64,000 bases of DNA from Antedon mediterranea (GCF_964355755.1 NC_092677.1:7524101-7588100); one strand, 5' to 3'; counted from the stretch's first letter, positions 14,001 to 27,872 are shown. The notes: generated by a model from the letters alone, not told the origin. Numbers and translations: made by a program.

Positions 14001-17000
14001 TTCTTATATTTATTTGCTCAATTCATTATCTTTCGAAATTGTCATCTTTGAGTTTTTTTTGATAATTCCATCATACTAAAAAATTAGAACATGATGTGTG
14101 TCCCGTAATTTCACCTATGCTACACTGTATATAGATATACAGTATTTACTGTACATATTGTATATGGCATATAATAGGCACAACTCAGCACTATAAGCGT
14201 ATGCATCATGTCATAGGATGGCGTCCATCAACTTTTTACGATTGTATGTTAACGTACATGCATGTTTAAAAAGTTTTAATTTCATTAAAATGATAAAAAT
14301 GATCACCTATAATTCGTCAAAGTGACGAATTAAATTCTAGTGAGAAATTGTTTTTGTAAAAAAAAAATGTTTCTTCGCAATTTCTTTCTGTACAGATTTT
14401 GTGTAACAAATATCTCAAAAAGTTTAATGTCAATGATTACCAACATTTCAGAATTTCTTTCAAATACTTTAACTAAGTCCTAATAAGCTTTTCAGCGTGA
14501 TAACTCATCCGTGACGTCATTTATACGCCATTTTGTGAAATCACATTATCAATCATATCTCCATAATTAATTATCAGATATTAATGAAATTCACTACACG
14601 TAAACTTTAGGTCAAGGGTAAAAATATTAGCAAATAAAAACGCACGCGCACGTAGGGTCATGCGCATGAAATCGCGCGTTAAAAATTTAAAAAGGTCAAA
14701 ATTACGTTTTGATCAATTTAGAGCATGAATTAGGCCATTTGCGTGTTTTAAAAAATTACTGCGCAAAAACACGTTTTTGCACGTGCGTACTTAGAAAACG
14801 TAAAAAATAATATTTTTTTTGTACAAATTGCATTCTACTTATCTTCCTTGGTAGATTCACCAAATGTGAGTCCATTTCGATTTAAAATAATGCTAAACGA
14901 GCATGTTAAAAATGACAAAATGCGCACATTAATTGTACAAAAGTGCTAAAAATGGTAAAAATTAAGGCCTTTTTAAAAAGAATATAACTCTTCAGAATGG
15001 CAGGTGACCCCCAATTGTTTTAACTTATTATGGAAGCCAATAAGTTGTAGATATAAATATATATACATATTAGACGTACAAAATGGTATGACGTCATCAA
15101 ATGGCCACTTGAATTTAAAAATTAGTAATTTTTATGTTTTTGTGTGGGTTATCACATTTAACAGAACCCATCTCCGTTATTTGAGCCCGATTTTCGCACA
15201 AATTTTAGGATTTGCTTGCTCAATTAATTATCTTTCTCAGGAGTTTTCAACATTTTTGTTTTGATGACAGCATAATGCGTAAAAACTTGAATAACCTAGG
15301 TCGTGTATTTTCAGCTACACCATACATTTGAATATCTTACAGCTCTTCAGAATTAAAGGTGACCTTGAAGATTATAATTTATTATAAAAGCTGATGAAAC
15401 GTAGATATGAATTCATATAAAAATTAGGCCTATCGGATGTTGTAACATTATGAAATGGTCAGTTTAAGTTAAAAGGTAGTTTTTTTCTCTCTTTCGTCAA
15501 ATTTATACAAATTTCAAACACCGCGCATTGCGTTTCTACGTTTCAAATTCTCTTCCAATCCTTATATTTATTTGCTCAATTCATTATCTTTCGAAATTGC
15601 CATCTTCGAGTTTATTATGATAATTCCATCATACCAAAAAATTAGAACATGATGTGGGTCTTGTAATTTCACCTATGCTACACTGTATATAGATATACAG
15701 TATATACTGTACCTATTGTATATGGCATATAATAGGCACAACTCAGCACTATAAGCGTATGCATCATGTCATAGGATGGCGTACATCAACTTTTTACGAT
15801 CGTATGTTAACGTACGTGCATGTTTAAAAAAAATTTAATTTCATTAAAATGATAAAAATGATCACCTATAATTCGTCAAAGTGACGAATTAAATTCTAGT
15901 TAGGTGATCATTTAGAATAAAATGATCACCTATTGTTATTGTATGAAATCTTTATTTTTATTTTTTTTCTTTCTGTACACTTTTTGTGTAACAAATATCT
16001 CAAAAAGTTGAATAACAATGATCACAAAAATTTCACAATGTCTTTCAAATACTTTAACTTAGCCATAATAAGCTTTTCAGCGTGATCACTGACCCGTGAC
16101 GTCACGTATACGCCATTTTGTGAAATCACATTATCAATCATATGTCCATAATTGATTATCACATATTTATGAAATTCACTACACGTAAATTTCAGATCAA
16201 GGTAAAAAATATTAGCAAATAAAAACTCGCGCGTCTCAAGGTCATACACGTGAAATCGCGCATTAAAAATTTAAAAAGCTCAAAATTACGTTTTAATCAA
16301 TTTAGAGCATGAATTAGGCCATTTGCGTGTTTCAAAAAATTACTGCGCAAAAAAATTATTTTGCGCGCGCGATACTTACAAAGTGTAAAAATTGCAATTT
16401 TTTATACAAATCGCATTCTACTCACCATCTTTAGTACATTCGCCAAATTTGAGTCAGTTCCGACTTAAAATAACGGTATACGAGCAGGTTAAAAATATCA
16501 AAATGCGCAAATTAATTGCATCAAAGTGATGAAAATGGTGAAAAATAAGGCCTTTTTAAAATGAATATAACTCTTTAGAATGGCAGGTGACCCCCAATTT
16601 TTTTAAGTTATTCGGGAAGCCATTGGGTTGTAGATACATATTCATGTACACATTAGACGTACAAAATGGTATGACGTCATCAAATGGCCACTTCAATTTA
16701 AAAATTAGTAATTTTTATCTTTTTGTAATGGTTATCACATTCAATAGAGCGCATCTCCATTATTTTAGCTCGATTTTTGCAGAGGTTTTAGTATGTGCTT
16801 GCTCAATTAATTATCTTTCTCAGGAGTTGTCAATATTTTTATTTTGATGACATCATCGCGCGTAAAAACTTGAATAACGTAGGTCGTGTAATTTCAGCTA
16901 CACCGTACATTTGAATATATTATAGCTCTTCAGAATTAAAGTTGACCTTGAAGATTATAACTTATTATGAAAGCTGATGAAATGTAGATATGAATTAATA

Positions 17001-20000
17001 TAAAAATTAAGCCTATCGGATGTTGTGATGTTATCATATGGCCAGTTGAAGTTAAAACGTTGTTTTTAATTTTCTTTAGTCGAAGTTATACAAATTTCAA
17101 AAAGCGCGCATTGCGCTTCTACGTGTCAAATTCTCTTCCAATCCTTATTTTTATTTGCTCAATTCATTATCTTTCGAAATTGTCATCTTCGAGTTTATTT
17201 TGATAATTCCATCATACCGAAAAATTTGAACATGATGTGGGTCCAGTAATTTCACCTATGCTACACTGTATATAGATACAGTATATACCGTACATAATAG
17301 GTACAACTCAGCACTATAAGTGTATATGCATCATGTCATAGGATGGCGTACATCAGCTTTTTACGATCGTATGTTAACGTACGTGCATGTTTAAAAAATG
17401 TTAATTTCATTAAAATGATAAAAATGATCACCTATAATTCGTCAAAGTGACGAATTAAATTCTAGTTAGGTGATCATTTAGAATAAAATGATCACCTATT
17501 GTTATTGTACAAAATCTTTATTATTGTTATTATTCTTTCTGTACACTTTTTGTTCATCAAATATCTCAAAAAGTTGAATAGCAATGATCACAAAAATTTC
17601 ACAATGTGTTTCAAATACTTTAACTTAGCCATAATAAGCTTTTCAGCGTGATCTCTCACCCATGACGTCACGTATACGCCATTTTGTGAAATCACATTTT
17701 CAATCATATATCCATAATTCATTATCACATATTTATGAAATTCACTACACGTAAACTTCAGGTCAAGGGTAAAAATATTAGCAAGTAAAAACGCGCGCGC
17801 ACGTAGGGTCATGCGCGTGGAATCGCGCAGTAAAAATTTAAAAAGCTCAAAATTACGTTTTAATCAATTTAGAGCATGAATTAGGCCAATTGCGTGTTTC
17901 AAAAAATTACTGCGCAAAAAAAATATTTTGCGCACGCGATACTTACAAAGCGTAAAAATTGCAATTTTTTTATACAAATCGCGTTCTACTCACCATCCTT
18001 AGTACATTCACCAAATTTGAGTCAGTTCCGACTTAAAATAACGCTATACGAGCAGGTTAAAAATAACAAAATGCGCAAATTAATTGCATCAAAGTGCTGA
18101 AAATGGTGAAAAATAAGGCCTTTTTAAAATGAATATAACTCTTCAGAATGGCAGGTGACCCCCAATTTTTTTAACTTATTCGGGAAGCCATTGGGTTGTA
18201 GATACATATTCATGTACACATTAGACGTACAAAATGGTATGACGTCATCAAATGGCCACTTCAATTTAAAAATTAGTAATTTTTATCTTTTTGTGTGGGT
18301 TATCACATTCAATAGAGCGCATCTCCGTTATTTGAGCCCGATTTTCGCCGAAATTTTAGTATGTGCTTGCTCAATTAATTATCTTTCTCAAAAGTTGTCA
18401 ACATTTTTATTTTGATGACGTCATCATGTGTAAAAACTTTAATAACCAAGGTCGTGTAATTTCAGCTACACCATACATTTGAATATGTTATAGCTCTTTA
18501 GAATTAAAGGTGACCTTGAAGATTATAATTTATTAGGAAAGCTGAATAAATGTAGATATGAATTCATATAAAAATTAAGCCCATCGGATGTTGTGATGTT
18601 ATCATATGGCCAGTTGAAGTTAAAACGTTGTTTTTAAATTTCTTTAGTCAAAGTTATACAAATTTCAAAGAGCGCGCATTGCGCTTCTACGTGTCAAATT
18701 ATTTTCCAATCCTTATATTTATTTGCTCAATTTATTATCTTTCGAAATTGTCATCTTCGAGTTTATTTTGATAATTCCATCATACCAAAAAATTTGAACA
18801 TGATGTGGGTCCCGTAATTTCACCTATGCTACACTGTATATAGATATACACTGTACATATTGTATATGACACATAATAGGCACAACTCAGCACTATAGCG
18901 TATATCAGGATGGTATACATCAACATTTTCCTATTGTATGTTAACGTACGTGCATGTTTAAAAAATATTAATGTCAGTAAAGCGATAAAAATGATCACCT
19001 ATAATTCGTCAAAGTGACGAATTAAATTCTAGTGAGAAATTGTTTTTGTTAAAAAAAAAATTTCTTCGCAATTTCTTTCTGTACAGATTTTGTTTAACAA
19101 ATATCTCAAAAAGTTTAATGTGAATGATTACCAAAATTTTACAATTTCTTTCAAATACTGTAACTTAGTCCTAATAAGCTTTTCAGCGTGATCACTCATC
19201 CGTAACGTCATTTATACGCGATTTTGTGAAATCACATTATCAATCATATCTCCATAATTCATTATCACATATTAATGAAATTCACTACACGTAAACTTTA
19301 GGTCAAGGGTAAAAATATTAGGAAATAAAAACGCGCGCGCACGTAGGGTTAAGCGCGTGAAATCGCGCGTTAAAAATTTAAAATGCTCAAAATTACGTTT
19401 TGATCAATTTAGAGCATGAATTAGGCCATTTGCATGTTTTAAAAAATTACTGCGCAAAAACACGTTTTTGCGCGTGCGTACATAGAAAGCGTAAAAAATA
19501 ACAATTTCTTGTACAAATTGCGTTCTACTCATCTTCCATAGTACATTCACCAAATTTGAGTCCATTTAGACTTAAAAAAGTGCTATACGAGCACGTTAAA
19601 AATGACAAAATGCGCACATTAATTATACAAAAGTGCTAAAAATGGTAAAAAATAAGGCCTTTTTAAAACGAATATAACTCTTCTGAATGGCAGGTGACCC
19701 CCAATTTTTTTAACTTATTATGGTAGCCAATGAGTTGTAGATATAAATGTATATACACATTAGACGTACAAAATGGTATTACGTCATCAAATGGCCACTT
19801 GAATTTAAAAATTAGGATTTTTTTCCGTTTTGTGTAGGTTATCACATTCAATAGACGCATCTCCGCTATTTGAGCTCGATTTTCGCACAAATTTCAGTGT
19901 GTGCTTGCTTAATTATTTATCTTTCTCATAAGTTGTCAGTGTTTTCATTTTGATGACGTCATCATGCATAAAAACTTGGATAACGTATGTCGTGTAATTT

Positions 20001-23000
20001 CACCTCCGCCGTAAATTTGAATATCTTACAGCTCTTCAGAATTGAAGGTTACCTTGATGATTATAATTTATTATGAAAGCTAATGAAATGTAGATATGAA
20101 TTCATATAAAAACCAAGCCTATCGGATGTTGTGACGTTAACATATTGCCAGATGAAGTTAAAAAGTAGTTTTTTCATCTTTTTCGTCAAAGTTATACAAA
20201 TTTCAAAGAGCGCGCACGGCACTTCTACGTGCCAGATTCTCTTCCAATTCTTATATTTATTTGCTCAATTCATTATCTTTCGAAATTGTCATCTTTGAGT
20301 TTTTTTTGATAATTCCATCATACTAAAAAATTAGAACATGATGTGTGTCCCGTAATTTCACCTATGCTACACTGTATATAGATATACAGTATTTACTGTA
20401 CATATTGTATATGGCATATAATAGGCACAACTCAGCACTATAAGCGTATGCATCATGTCATAGGATGGCGTCCATCAACATTTTACGATTGTATGTTAAC
20501 GTACATGCATGTTTAAAAAGTTTTAATTTCATTAAAATGATAAAAATGATCACCTATAATTCGTCAAAGTGACGAATTAAATTCTAGTGAGAAATTGTTT
20601 TTGTAAAAAAAAAATGTTTCTTCGCAATTTCTTTCTGTGCAGATTTTGTGTAACAAATATCTCAAAAAGTTTAATGTCAATGATTACCAAAATTTCTGAA
20701 TGTCTTTCACATACTTTAACTTAGTCCTAATAAGCTTTACAGCGTGATCACTCATCCGTGACGTCATTTATACGCCATTTTGTAAAAAAACATTATCAAT
20801 CATATCTCCATAATTACTTATCACATATTAATAAAATTTACTACACGTAAACTTCAGGTCAAGGGTATAAATATTAGCAAATAAAAGCGCACGCGCACGT
20901 AGTGTCATGCGCGTGAAATCGTGCGTTAAAAATTTAAAATGCTCAAAATTACGTTTTGATCAAATTAGGGCATGAATTAGGACATTTGCGTGTTTCAAAA
21001 AATTACTGCGCAAAAACACGTTTTTGCGCGTGCGTACATAGAAAGCGTAAAAAATAACATTTTTTTGTACAAATTGCATTCTACTCATCTTCCATAGTAC
21101 ATTCACCAAATTTGAGACCATTTCGACTTAAAATAGTGCTATACGAGCACGTTAAAAATGACAAAATGCGCACATTAATTGTACAAAAGTGCTAAAAATG
21201 GTAAAAAATAAGGCCTTTTTAAAATGAATATAACTCTTCAGAATGGAAGGTGACTCCCAATTTTTTTAACTTATTATGGAGGCCAATGAGTTGTGGATAT
21301 AAATTTATATACACATTAGACGTACAAAATGGTATGACGTCATCAACTGACCACTTGCATTTAAAAATTAGTAATTTTTATCTTTTTGTGTGGGTTATCA
21401 CATTCACTAGAGCGCATCTCCGTTATTTGAACCCGATTTTCGCACAAATTTTAGTATGTACTTGCTCAATTAATTATTTTTCTCATGAGTTTTCAACATT
21501 TTCATTTTGAAGACGTCATCACGCGTAAAAACTTGAATAACCTAGGTCGTGTAATTTCAGCTACACCATACGTTTGAATATCTTACAGCTCTTCAGAATT
21601 AAAGATGACCTTGAAGATTATAACTTATTATGAAAGCTGATGAAATTTAGATATGAATTCATATAAAAATTAAGGCTATCGGATAATGTGATGTTATCAT
21701 ATGGCCTATTGAAGTTAAAGAGTAGTTTTTAAATTTGTTTAGTCAAAGTTTTACAAATTTCAAAGAGCGCGCATTGCGCTTCTACGTGTCAAATTCTCTT
21801 CCAATCCTTATATTTATTTGCTCAATTCATTATCTTTCGAAATTGTCATCTTCGAGTTTATTTGATAATTCCATCATACCAAAAAATTAGAACATGATGT
21901 GGGTCGCGTAATTTCACCTATGCTACACTGTATATAGATATACAGTATATACTGTATATATTGTATACGACACTCAGCACTATAAGTGTATATGCATCAT
22001 GTCATAGGATGGCGTACATCAGCTTTTTACGATCGTATGTTAACGTACATGCATGTTTAAAAAATGTTTATTTCATTAAAATGATAAAATGATCACCTAT
22101 AATTCGTCAAAGTGACGAATTAAATTCTAGTTAGGTGATCATTTAGAATAAAATGATCACCTATTGTTATTGTACAAAATCTTTATTATTATTGTTATTC
22201 TTCTTTCTGTACACTTTTTGTTCATCAAATATCTCAAAAAGTTGAATAGCAATGATCACAAAAATTTCACAATGTCTTTCAAATACTTTAACTTAGCCAT
22301 AATAAGCTTTTCAGCGTGATCTCTCACCCGTGACGTCACGTATACGCCATTTTGTGAAATCACATTTTCAATCATATATCCATAATTCATTATCACATAT
22401 TTATGAAATTCACTACACGTAAACTTCAGGTCAAGGGTAAAAATATTAGCAAGTAAAAACGCGCGCGCACGTAGGGTCATGCGCGTGGAATCGCGCAGTA
22501 AAAATTTAAAAAGCTCAAAATTACGTTTTAATCAATTTAGAGCATGAATTAGGCCAATTGCGTGTTTCAAAAAATTACTGCGCACAAAAAATATTTTGCG
22601 CACGCGATACTTACAAAGCGTAAAAATTGCAATTTTTTTATACAAATCGCGTTCTACTCACCATCCTTAGTACATTCACCAAATTTGAGTCAGTTCCGAC
22701 TTAAAATAACGCTATACGAGCAGGTTAAAAATAACAAAATGCGCAAATTAATTGCATCAAAGTGCTGAAAATGGTGAAAAATAAGGCTTTTTTAAAATGA
22801 ATATAACTCTTCAGAATGGCAGGTGACCTCCAATTTTTTTAACTTATTCGGAAAGCCATTGGGTTTTAGATACATATTCATGTGCACATTAGACGTACAA
22901 AATGGTATGACGTCATCAAATGGCCACTTCAATTTAAAAATTAGTAATTTTTATCTTTTTGTGTGGGTTATCACATTCAATAGAGCGCATCTCCGTTATT

Positions 23001-26000
23001 TGAGCCCGATTTTCGCCGAAATTTTAGTATGTGCTTGCTCAATTAATTATTTTTCTCAAGTGTTGTCAACATTTTTATTTTGATGACGTCATCATGTGTA
23101 AAAACTTTAATAACCAAGGTCGTGTAATTTCAGCTACACCATACATTTGAATAAGTTATAGCTCTTCAGAATTAAAGGTGACCTTGAATATTATAATTTA
23201 TTATGAAAGCTAAATAAATGTAGATACGAATTCATACAAAAATTAAGCCTATCGGATGTTGTGATGTTATCATATGGCCAGTTGAAGTTAAAACGTTGTT
23301 TTTAAATTTCTTTAGTCAAAGTTATACAAATTTCAAAGAGCGCGCATTGCACTTCTACGTGCCAAATTATCTTCCAATCCTTATATTTATTTGCTCAATT
23401 CATTATCTTTCGAAATTGTCATCTTCGAGTTTATTTTGATAATTCCATCATACCAAAAAATTAGAACATGATGTGTGTCCCGTAATTTCACCTATGCTAC
23501 ACTGTATATAGATATACAGTATATACTGTACATATTGTATATGGCATATAATAGGCACAACACAGCACTATAAGCGTATGCATCATGTCATAGGATGGCG
23601 TACATCAACTTTTTACGATCGTATGTTAACGTACATGCATGTTTAAAAAGTTTCATTAAAATGATAAAAATGATCACCTATAATTCGTCAAAGTGACGAA
23701 TTAAATTCTAGTTAGGTGATCATTTAGAATAAAATGATCACCTATTGTTATTGTATGAAATCTTTATTATTATTTTTTTTTTTTTTTTTATTCTTTCTGT
23801 ACACTTTTTGTGTAACAATTATCTCAAAAAGTTGAATGGCAATGATCACAAAAAATTCACAGTGTCTTTCAAATACTTTAACTTAGCCATAATAAGCTTT
23901 TCAGCGTGATCACTCAACCGTGACGTCACGTATACGCGATTTTGTGAAATCACACTATAAATCATATCTCCATAACTCTTTATCACATATCAATAAAATT
24001 CACTATACGTAAACTTCAGGTGAAGGGTAAAAATATAAAAAAAAAAAAACTTACGTGTTTCAAGGTCATGCACGTGAAATCGCGCGTTAAAATTTTAAAA
24101 AGCTCAAAATTAAGTTTTGATCAATTTAGAGCATAAAATAGGCCATTTGCGTGTTTTAAAAAATTACTGCGCAAAAACACGTTTTTGCACGTGCGTATTT
24201 AGAAAGCGTAAAAAATACAATTTTTTTTGTACAAATTGCATTCTACTCATCTTCCTTGGTAGATTCACCAAATGTGAGTCCATTTCGATTTAAAATAGTG
24301 CTATACGAGCACGTTAAAAATGACAAAATGCGCACATTAATTGTACAAAAGTGCTAAAAATGGTAAAAATTAAGGCCTTTTTAAAATGAATATAACTCTT
24401 CAGAATGGAAGATGACCCCTAATTTTTTTAACTTAATATGGAAGCCAATAAGTTGTAGATATAAATGTATATACACATTAGACGTACAAAATGGTATGAC
24501 GTAATCAAATGGCCACTTGAATTTAAAAATTAGTAATTTTTATGTTTTTGTGTGGGTTATCACATTCAACAGAGCCCATCTCCGTTATTTGAGCCCGATT
24601 TGCGCACAAATTTTAGGATGTGCTTGCTCAATTAATTATCTTTCTCAGGAGTTGTCAATATTTTTATTTTGATGACATCATCACGCGTAAAAACTTGAAT
24701 AACGTAGGTCGTGTAATTTCAGCTACACCTTACATTTGAATATATTATAGCTCTTCAGAATTAAAGGTGACCTTGAAGATTATAACTTATTATGAAAGCT
24801 GATGAAATTTAGATATGAATTAATATAAAAATTAAGCCTATCGGATGTTGTGATGTTATCATATGGCCAGTTGAAGTTAAAACGTTGTTTTTAAATTTCT
24901 TTAGTCAAAGTTATACAAATTTCAAAGAGCGCGCATTGCGCTTCTACGTGTCAAATTATCTTCCAATCCTTATATTTATTTGCTCAATTCATTATCTTTC
25001 GAAATTGTCATCTTTGAGTTTATTTTGATAATTCCATCATACCAAAAAATTTGAACATGATGTGGGTCCCGTAATTTCACCTATGCTACACTGTATATAG
25101 ATATACAGTATATACTGTACATATTGTATATGACACATAATAGGCACAACTCAGCACTATAAGCGTATATCAGGATGGTATACATCAACATTTTCCTATT
25201 GTATGTTAACGTACGTGCATGTTTAAAAAATATTAATGTCAGTAAAGCGATAAAAATGATCACCTATAATTCGTCAAAGTGACGAATTAAATTCTAGTGA
25301 GAAATTGTTTTTGTAAAAAAAAATGTTTCTTCGCAATTTCTTTCTGTACAGATTTTGTGTAACAAATATCTCAAAAAGTTTAATGTCAATGATTACCAAC
25401 ATTTCAGAATGTCTTTCCAATACTTTAACTTAGTCCTAATAAGGTTTTCAGCGTGATCACTCATCCGTGACGTCATCTATTCGCCATTTTGTGAAATCAC
25501 ATTATCAATCATATCTCCATAATTAATTATCACATATTAATGAAATTCACTATACGTAAACTTCAGATCAAGGGTAAAAATATTAGCAAATAAAAATGCA
25601 CGCGCACGTAGGGTCATGCGCGTGAAATCGCTCGTTAAAAATTTAAAAAGCTCAAAATTATGTTTTGATCAATTTAGAGCATGAATTAGGCCATTTGCGT
25701 GTTTTAAAAAATTACTGCGCAAAAACACGTTTTTGCGCACGCAATTCGTAAAAAGCGTAAAAAATAAAATTTGATGTAAACATCACATTCTACTCACAAT
25801 CCTTAGTACATTCTCCGATTTTGAGTCCATTCCGACTTAAAATAACGCTGTACGAGCACGTTAAACATGACAAAATGCGCACATTAATTGCACAAAAGTG
25901 CAAAAAATTGTAAAAATTAAGGCCTTTTTAAAATGAATATAACTCTTCAGAATGGCAGGTGACCCCCAATTTTTTTAACTTAATATGGAAGCCAATAAGT

Positions 26001-26853
26001 TGTAGATATAAATGTATATAAACATTAGACGTACAAAATGGTATTACGTCATCAAATGGCCACTTGAATTTAAAAATTAGGATTTTTTTCCGTTTTGTGT
26101 AGGTTATCACATCAATAGAGCGCATCTCTGCTATTTGAGCCCGATTTTCGCACAAATTTCAGTGTGTGCTTGCTTAATTATTTATCTTTCTCATAAGTTG
26201 TCAGTGTTTTCATTTTGATTACGTCATCACGCGTAAAAACTTGAATAACGTAGGTCGTGTAATTTCACCTTCGCCGTAAATTTGAATATCTTACAGCTCT
26301 TCAGAATTGAAGGTTACCTTGACGATTATAATTTATTATGAAAGCTGATGAAATGTAGATATGAATTCATATAAAAACCAAGCCTATCAGATGTTGTGAC
26401 GTTAACATATGGCCAGATGAAGTTAAAAAGTAGTTTTTTCATCTTTTTCGTCAAAGTTATACAAATTTCAAAGAGCGCGCACAGCGCTTCTACGTGCCAG
26501 ATTCTCTTCCAATTCTTATATTTATTTGCTCAATTTATTATCTTTCGAAATTGTCATCTTTGAGTTTATTTTGATAATTCCATCATACCAAAAAATTAGA
26601 ACATGGTGTGTGTCCCGTAATTTCACCTATGCTACACTGTATATAGATATACAGTATATACTGTACATATTGTATATGGCATATAATAGGCACAACTCAG
26701 CGATATAAGATTATGCATCATGTCATAGGATGGCGTACATCAACTTTTTACGATCGTATGTTAACGTACATGCATGTTTAAAAAATGTTAATTTCATTAA
26801 AATGATAACAATGATCACCTATAATTCGTCAAAGTGACGAATTAAATTCTAGT
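8049..26853 (+). mobile_element. Tandem array of 12 non-autonomous Helentron/HINE (DINE-1-like) rolling-circle elements, ~1.55-1.59 kb each
   Basis: Units start at 8049, 9641, 11227, 12787, 14342, 15901, 17467, 19034, 20589, 22132, 23713, 25299. Each ends with subTIR ATGATCACCTA + hairpin AATTCGTCA-AAG-TGACGAATT + AAATTCTAGT. Six start with the stem-loop TAGGTGATCATTT-AGAATA-AAATGATCACCTA followed by an (ATT/CTT)-type simple repeat, the HINE layout. Confidence 0.85.
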
Positions 26854-27037
26854 GTTTTCTTTATATTTGTCATACAAAATAAAAAATTATTATCACTATA
26901 GTCCTTGTTATCAGGTGAACTGTTACTATACTTGTTAAGTTCACAATTCAGCTGATCACAAACAACTCATGTCATCTTGTTCGTAACATTCTGTCTTTTA
27001 TTTTACAGTGCAAGTACTGTATCTACCAATCTATTAG

Positions 27038-27086
27038 ATTGATCTGAATGATTTCTTCTTAGTAAGAAGAAATCATTCAGATCAAT
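27038..27086. repeat. Perfect 24-bp-stem palindrome with 1-nt loop
   Basis: ATTGATCTGAATGATTTCTTCTTA-G-TAAGAAGAAATCATTCAGATCAAT. Confidence 0.95.
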
Positions 27087-27667
27087 AGTCAGTTAATGGT
27101 TTAACTTTGCCTTTGATTGCTGGGAAAAATAATTTAATTAAGAAATATTCTATAGCATTAACAAATTACAAAAAAATATATATAATATTATATCTATTGA
27201 TTTTTTTCCCATACATCTTGTACTTTAATTACTAACGCCATTTTTACCAATATATTGTAAGTAATGCATTGTACTTCATAGCTAATTATGATTACTTTAT
27301 ACATTTTAGCAACTCATGTTAAGTTGATATTCACCTAATAATGTTCTTTTATTTGTGTAGAAATAAATATTACTATTAATAAATATGTTATCATAAAAAA
27401 TTAACATGCTCTACATAACATATCTTTTTGATGGTGTTTTTAAAAAAACTGTTCGTAATATCCTGTAATAATATTTGCAATATCCAAGTAAAATTTATTA
27501 ATTTTGTGATAATTGTAACTTGGTATATAGTATTTATGTTACCAAGTCTCTAATAAATGTGATGAGTATATAAATAAAGGTTGTCTATAGTATACATTGA
27601 CATAAAAATCATCTTTATGTTTGTTCTTTAAAATTGATATAAAATAATCCTTTTCAATCACATTTCC

Positions 27668-27768
27668 ACTCTATTTTATAATTTATAACGTTTTGATACA
27701 TACTCTATTTTATAATTTATAACGTTTTGATACATACTCTATTTTATAATTTAAAACGTTTTAATACA
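27668..27768 (+). repeat. Minisatellite, ~3 copies of 34 bp
   Basis: ACTCTATTTTATAATTTATAACGTTTTGATACAT repeated. Confidence 0.9.
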
Positions 27769-27872
27769 AAATCAACAACTTCCAATGTAATATAATACAG
27801 TATCTGTGGTACTGCTATGTCTTACTACTGTATTACTATACAGACAGGTACAGTATTGTGAGCTTATTTAAT

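Noticed and set aside
8049-26853. Repeated 60-108 aa ORFs (MTPNFF..., MTLRARAF..., MCENRAQ...) as a tandem gene family
   Set aside because: They fall on both strands, vary in presence through stops and indels, show no recognisable domain, and lie within non-coding repeat units.
9598-26853. CRISPR/integron reading of the invariant 43-bp hairpin repeat
   Set aside because: The intervening sequences are ~1.5 kb and homologous to each other, the context is eukaryotic, and no cas or integrase gene is present.
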